The notes under the pieces were generated by a model, which saw nothing but the letters and a program-made list of their open reading frames with translations, ran no database searches and was not told the DNA's origin. The translations under genes and the position numbers were made by a program. From an uncultured virus (IMG/VR IMGVR_UViG_3300021087_000010) (taxonomy: Duplodnaviria; Heunggongvirae; Uroviricota; Caudoviricetes): 20,000 nucleotides of DNA. The stretch is from the IMG/VR virus record IMGVR_UViG_3300021087_000010. One strand, 5' to 3'. Positions 15,853 to 20,000 of the stretch are shown here, piece by piece. Positions within the stretch are counted from its first letter, which is position 1; every line of letters begins with the position of its first letter.

Positions 15853-17172
15853 ATGGCAACAAATATAATTAAAATTAAAAGAACAACAGGGGCTACCGCA
15901 CCTAGTTCTTTGAACGCAGGAGAATTAGCATTTTCAGGTGGGTCTGGGAATCAGAGCAATATGGGGCAGAGGTTATTTATAGGTGACCCAGCAAATTCAA
16001 ACGCAGTAACAGTAATTGGCGGTAATTACTTTGCTAATATACTAGACCATGTTCATGGGACTACTACAGCAAGTTCGGCATTAATTGTAGATGCAAATAA
16101 GTCGGCTTCAGAAGTAAGAACACCAGCATTGTACATAGGTACTTCTGGCTCAGATACACTAGTTACATCAACAGCAGCAGAATTAAACATATTAGACGGT
16201 GTTACATCAACAGCAGCAGAGCTTAACTTAATAGATGGTTCTATAGCAGGAACAATAGTTGCAAGTAAAGCAGTAGTTGTAGACGCAAATAAAGATGTGT
16301 CAAGTTTCAGAAATGTTACTTTATCAGGAACTCTTACAGGAGCAACTTTAGATATTTCAGGAAATGTAGATGTTGATGGAGTTACAAATTTAGATAATAC
16401 AGATATAGACGGATCATTAACAGTAGATGGAGCAGTAGATATAAATGCTACTACTTTTGATATTGATGCAAGTGATGATGTAGATATTGATACTACAGAT
16501 ACTACTGGTGGTATAGCCATTGGTACAGCAACTTCAGGTGTTCCAGTAACACTTGGGCACGGTACTTCCGAAGTAACAGTTGGAGATAATTTAACAGTTA
16601 CAGGTAATTTAACAGTAAGTGGTACAACTACTACTGTTAATTCAACTACAGTAGCAATAGCCGATCCAATATTTGAAATAGGAGCTTCTGGTTCTGATGA
16701 TAACTTAGATCGTGGTATTAAAATGAAGTATAACTCAAGTGGAGCAAAATATGCTTTCTTTGGTTATGATGATTCAGATGGCAAATTTGCTTTCATACCA
16801 GATGCTACAGATAATAGTAACGTATTTTCGGGAAATCAAGGTACATTAAAAGCAAATATAGAAGCAGGCTCAGGTGGAAACTCTATTAAAGTAGGAGATT
16901 CTTATCCTTTTAATGATAACTCTGGAAGTCTAACTTTAACAAATATTGATAATATTGATAGCACTACAGAAGCTACTTTGGAGAGCGCAATAGATTCTCT
17001 AGCAAATTTAGTTACTGTTGGAACTATTACAACAGGAGTATGGAGCGGTACTTCGATAGCAGTTAATAAAGGTGGAACAGGATTAACTTCTTCAAGCACA
17101 TCAGGTTTTATACCTGTATCTAATGGAACTGGATTCGTTATGCAGGCAATAGATGGTGGGACATATAGCTAA
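15853..17172 (+). CDS. Side tail-fibre segment, 439 aa
   Basis: N-terminal IKIKR...LNAGELAF (Mtd_N/hyaluronidase-N-like); TAAELNILDG repeats; GNLTVSGTTTTVNSTT..IADP knob; GTW.G..IAV..GGTG-type motif; C-terminal IDGGTYS. AGGA RBS at 15842-15845. Confidence 0.78.
   Translation: MATNIIKIKRTTGATAPSSLNAGELAFSGGSGNQSNMGQRLFIGDPANSNAVTVIGGNYFANILDHVHGTTTASSALIVDANKSASEVRTPALYIGTSGSDTLVTSTAAELNILDGVTSTAAELNLIDGSIAGTIVASKAVVVDANKDVSSFRNVTLSGTLTGATLDISGNVDVDGVTNLDNTDIDGSLTVDGAVDINATTFDIDASDDVDIDTTDTTGGIAIGTATSGVPVTLGHGTSEVTVGDNLTVTGNLTVSGTTTTVNSTTVAIADPIFEIGASGSDDNLDRGIKMKYNSSGAKYAFFGYDDSDGKFAFIPDATDNSNVFSGNQGTLKANIEAGSGGNSIKVGDSYPFNDNSGSLTLTNIDNIDSTTEATLESAIDSLANLVTVGTITTGVWSGTSIAVNKGGTGLTSSSTSGFIPVSNGTGFVMQAIDGGTYS
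16162..16220 (+). repeat. 20-nt direct repeat, period 39 bp (VTSTAAELN.xDG)
   Basis: GTTACATCAACAGCAGCAGA at 16162-16181 and 16201-16220. Confidence 0.85.
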
Positions 17173-17360
17173 TGACACAACAAATTAAATTAAAAAGGAA
17201 TACAACTAACACAACAGCTCCAGAAACTGGAGATATAGATGTTGGTGAGCTTGCAATAAGCGCTGTAGACGGTAAGATATATCTTCGTAAAACAGATAAT
17301 TCAATAGTAGCTCAAGCTATAGAAGATGACGTAATCGCACTCGCAATAGCACTAGGATAA
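17172..17360 (+). CDS. Small fibre connector protein, 62 aa
   Basis: N-terminal IKLKR...GELAI..DGKIYL (paralogous to the N-terminus of the preceding ORF) and C-terminal DDVIALAIALG; TAATG overlap with the upstream gene. Confidence 0.7.
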   Translation: MTQQIKLKRNTTNTTAPETGDIDVGELAISAVDGKIYLRKTDNSIVAQAIEDDVIALAIALG

Positions 17361-17364
17361 GAAT

Positions 17365-17700
17365 ATGGCAAATACATTTAAAAACGCTGCGGTAGCAGCT
17401 ACAGGTACATCTGAAGCAACGGTGTATACTGTACCCAGTTCGACTACTACTACTGTAATAGGACTTACTTGTGCAAATGTAACAAGTACTAGCCCTGTAT
17501 TAGTAAGTATTAGAATATATGATAGTTCTGGGAACGCCCACTACTATGTAGTGAAAAACGCAGAAGTTTATACAGGAGGATCTTTAGTTGCAGTAGGTGG
17601 GGATCAAAAATTAGTACTAGAAACAGGAGATATAATTAAGGTTATATCTGATACTTCCAGTTCAATCGATACAATAGTATCCGTGATGGAGCAATCATAA
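17365..17700 (+). CDS. Small beta-rich virion/fibre adaptor protein (MANTFK-type), 111 aa
   Basis: MANTFKN...VYTVPS...TVIGL..AN...KLVLETGD.I.V.SDT pattern, which I recall from small proteins in marine phage fibre clusters. AGGA RBS at 17354-17357. Confidence 0.65.
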   Translation: MANTFKNAAVAATGTSEATVYTVPSSTTTTVIGLTCANVTSTSPVLVSIRIYDSSGNAHYYVVKNAEVYTGGSLVAVGGDQKLVLETGDIIKVISDTSSSIDTIVSVMEQS

Positions 17701-20000
17701 TGGCATATATAGGTAAAAGACCCGTAGATACTTTTCCAGCAATTAACGCTGTAACTTCTACTTTAATAGCAGAAAATAACATAACAGCTAGAGAAATTGC
17801 TACTAATGCGATAACTTCTACTTTAATAGCAGAAAATAATATTACAGCAAGAGAAATCTTAACGGGCACAATAACATCAACTTATATAGCAAATAATGCT
17901 ATTCTAACTCAACATATAGATGACAACCAAATAACTGCTGATCAAATAGCAGATGATTCCGTTGGCATAGGACAACTAGCTGGAATAGCTAGAGGTAAAA
18001 TACTTTATGGTGATTCAAGTGGAAACCCTGCTTTACTCTCTTTAGGAAGTAATGGACAAGTACTTACATCAGATGGTACAGATATATCTTGGGGAACAGA
18101 TGCTGTATTAACAACAGAAAACGTACAAGATATAGCAGGTGGAATGTTTACAGGTAATACTGAAACAGGTATTACAGCAACATATCAAGATGGTGATGGT
18201 ACAGTAGATTTAGTAATAGGAACACTAAACCAAGACACAACAGGACTAGCAGCTACAGCTACTGCATTAGCAACAGCAAGGACTATAGGTGGTACTTCAT
18301 TCGATGGAACAGCCAATATAGCAGTAGGACTAGCTGGAACAGCAACAGCACTAGCAACGGCTAGAACAATAGGTGGAACTTCGTTCGATGGTACAGCAAA
18401 TATTGTACCGGGAACATCAACAGCTTTAGCAACAGGAAGAACAATAGGAATGACTGGAGATGTCGTTTGGACATCACCTTCATTTGACGGTAGTGGAAAT
18501 GTAACTGCCGCAGGAACAATTCAATCAGACGCAGTAGAGCAATCTATGATTGCAGATGACGCTGTTGGAGCAGATCAATTAGCAACTAATGCTGTTGTAA
18601 CAGCTTCAATAGTAGCAGGTAGTGTAACAACTACAGAACTAGCGGCTAATACAATAGCCACAGGTAATATAGCTGACAATGCTGTAGACGGGACTAAGAT
18701 AGCCCAAAATAGTATTCTTACTAGACATATAGATGATGGACAAGTAACTACAGACCAACTAGGAGCAGATGCAGTTACAGGAGCTAAGATAGCTGATGAT
18801 GCTATTGATAGTGAACACTATACTGATGGAAGTATAGATACTGCTCACATTGCTGACGATCAAGTCACAGCAGCAAAATTAGCTAATACAGCAGTAACAC
18901 CTGCAGCCTATGGTTCAAGTTCAGCAATCCCAGTAATAACTATTGATGCTCAAGGACGTATTACAGCCGCAAGTACAGCAGCTACAAGTTCAGTACTTAC
19001 AATCGCTGCAGATAGTGGTTCAAATGATACTGTTACAGTTGGTACTGATACTTTTACATTTGAAGGTACTGCAAACGAAATAGAAACAACAGTTTCAAAT
19101 AACAAAATTAATTTTGGTTTACCTACTAATGTAACAATAGCAGGAAACCTAACAGTTGCTGGAACTCAAACAACAGTTTCTAGCACAACAATTACAGTTG
19201 CCGACCCGTTAGTAGCACTAGCGAGCGGTAACAATGCTGCAGATGCAGTAGACATAGGACTATATGGTCTATATGACACTAGTGGTTCTCAAGACCTTTA
19301 TTCAGGATTATTTAGAGATGCTAGTGATAGCGGAAAATGGAAATTATTTAAAGATAATCAGGCAGCGCCTACAACTACTGTAAATACAAGTGGTACAGGT
19401 TATGCCGTAGGCACATTAGTAGCAACTCTTGAAGGTAATGTTACTGGTAATCTTACTGGTAATGTAACAGGTAATACTTCTGGAAGCTCTGGAAGCACAA
19501 CAGGTAATGCCGCAACAGCAACAGCATTAGCTAGTGCTAGAACAATAGGTGGAACATCTTTTGACGGTACAGCCAATATAGCAGTTGGTTTAGCAGCTAC
19601 TGCAACAGCATTAGCAACAGCAAGAACTTTAGGTGGCGTATCTTTTGATGGTACAGCAAATATCAACCTACCTGGTGTTAATGCAGTAGGTAGTCAAAAT
19701 ACTACTGGATCTGCTGCAACGCTTACTTCAGCAAGAACTATTGGGGGAGTATCCTTTGATGGGTCTGCCAATATTAACCTACCAGGTGTTAATGCAGTAG
19801 GCAGTCAAAATACTACTGGCTCTGCAGCAACTCTTACTTCAGCAAGAACTTTAGGCGGAGTGTCCTTTGACGGATCTGCCAATATTAATCTACCAGGTGT
19901 TAACACATCAGGTAGTCAAGATACTTCAGGTACTGCAGCATTAGCAACCAGTGTAACAGCAGTAGCTAATAATTCAACAGACGAAACTGTATACCCCGCT
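17700..20000 (+). CDS. Long repetitive tail-fibre protein, at least 767 aa, truncated by window end (absent from ORF track)
   Basis: ATG at 17700 (TAATG overlap). Frame reads MAYIGKRPVDTFPAINAVTSTLIAENN...NNSTDETVYPA with no stop to 20000. Contains 10-aa repeats, seven ARTIGG.SFDG.ANI-type repeats and a GNLTVAG..TTVSST..VADP knob. Confidence 0.88.
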   Translation, partial: MAYIGKRPVDTFPAINAVTSTLIAENNITAREIATNAITSTLIAENNITAREILTGTITSTYIANNAILTQHIDDNQITADQIADDSVGIGQLAGIARGKILYGDSSGNPALLSLGSNGQVLTSDGTDISWGTDAVLTTENVQDIAGGMFTGNTETGITATYQDGDGTVDLVIGTLNQDTTGLAATATALATARTIGGTSFDGTANIAVGLAGTATALATARTIGGTSFDGTANIVPGTSTALATGRTIGMTGDVVWTSPSFDGSGNVTAAGTIQSDAVEQSMIADDAVGADQLATNAVVTASIVAGSVTTTELAANTIATGNIADNAVDGTKIAQNSILTRHIDDGQVTTDQLGADAVTGAKIADDAIDSEHYTDGSIDTAHIADDQVTAAKLANTAVTPAAYGSSSAIPVITIDAQGRITAASTAATSSVLTIAADSGSNDTVTVGTDTFTFEGTANEIETTVSNNKINFGLPTNVTIAGNLTVAGTQTTVSSTTITVADPLVALASGNNAADAVDIGLYGLYDTSGSQDLYSGLFRDASDSGKWKLFKDNQAAPTTTVNTSGTGYAVGTLVATLEGNVTGNLTGNVTGNTSGSSGSTTGNAATATALASARTIGGTSFDGTANIAVGLAATATALATARTLGGVSFDGTANINLPGVNAVGSQNTTGSAATLTSARTIGGVSFDGSANINLPGVNAVGSQNTTGSAATLTSARTLGGVSFDGSANINLPGVNTSGSQDTSGTAALATSVTAVANNSTDETVYPA
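17745..17984 (+). repeat. 10-aa period coding repeat, block 1 (8 units; first four form a 60-bp tandem duplication)
   Basis: NAVTSTLIAE/NNITAREIAT/NAITSTLIAE/NNITAREILT/...; TAACTTCTACTTTAATAGCAGAAAATAA is identical at 17752-17779 and 17812-17839. Confidence 0.9.
18243..18500 (+). repeat. 84-bp (28-aa) coding repeat GLA.TATALATARTIGGTSFDGTANI, two copies plus one degenerate
   Basis: GGACTAGC at 18243 and 18327 sets the 84-bp period; third copy is TALATGRTIGMTGDVVWTSPSFDGSGN. Confidence 0.85.
18528..18917 (+). repeat. 10-aa period coding repeat, block 2 (~13 units)
   Basis: DAVEQSMIAD/DAVGADQLAT/NAVVTASIVA/GSVTTTELAA/NTIATGNIAD/NAVDGTKIAQ/NSILTRHIDD/GQVTTDQLGA/DAVTGAKIAD/... Confidence 0.85.
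19509..19940 (+). repeat. ART(I/L)GG.SFDG.ANI coding repeats: one 84-bp unit, then 111-bp (37-aa) tandem units
   Basis: GCAAGAACT at 19620, 19731 and 19842 (period 111). Unit is ARTIGGVSFDGSANINLPGVNAVGSQNTTGSAATLTS. Confidence 0.9.

Larger units (their letters stand above)
1..20000 (+). mobile_element. Tail morphogenesis region of a T5-like siphovirus (phage genome fragment)
   Basis: Gene order chaperones-TMP-Dit-hub-collar-side fibre matches phage T5, with recognisable similarity to T5 p139/p138, pb2, pb9, pb3 and p132. Genes are co-oriented and tightly packed; no host housekeeping genes. Confidence 0.93.

Noticed and set aside
15841..15855. Stop-codon reassignment (TAG followed in frame by GAA AAA TAA ATG)
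   Set aside because: Multi-kilobase ORFs are intact in the standard code, and the TAG falls exactly after the terminal DGGSF motif.
363..19666. All minus-strand ORFs in the track (e.g. 363-701, 3711-4094, 13331-13780, 16053-16520, 19400-19666)
   Set aside because: They lie antisense to convincing + strand genes, have no recognisable motifs, and are expected shadows of codon bias and repeats.
17745..19940. Tandem repeats as a CRISPR array or DGR template/variable repeat pair
   Set aside because: Periods are multiples of 3 inside one ORF with no unique spacers; differences are synonymous rather than adenine-specific; no reverse transcriptase or cas gene is in the window.
1..20000. tRNA, rRNA or other ncRNA genes; specific host assignment
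   Set aside because: The window is almost entirely coding, with no room or signature for RNA genes. Fibre motifs suggest a marine phage but do not identify a host.

Overview
AT-rich phage DNA, almost fully coding on the + strand. It is the tail-morphogenesis module of a T5-like (Demerecviridae-related) siphovirus, with fibre motifs typical of marine phages. Gene order: tail-assembly chaperone pair joined by a candidate +1 frameshift (AAC-TTT-CGT); 1590-aa pb2-like tape measure protein; pb9-like distal tail protein; a 2792-aa protein fusing a pb3-like baseplate hub (with several large insertions) to a central-fibre region. That protein ends in a poly-Gly linker plus a compact 98-aa Hint (intein/hedgehog-like) domain lacking the terminal His-Asn, and it overlaps (TAATG) a GNAT-fold gene. 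A perfect sigma70 promoter then precedes a p132-like collar gene and a chain of five side-fibre genes whose termini carry matching connector motifs; the last runs off the window and is missing from the ORF track. The best candidate for an undescribed system is the tail-tip Hint + GNAT pair, a possible covalent tail-tip processing or modification module. All homologies are from recalled sequence similarity; no searches were run.
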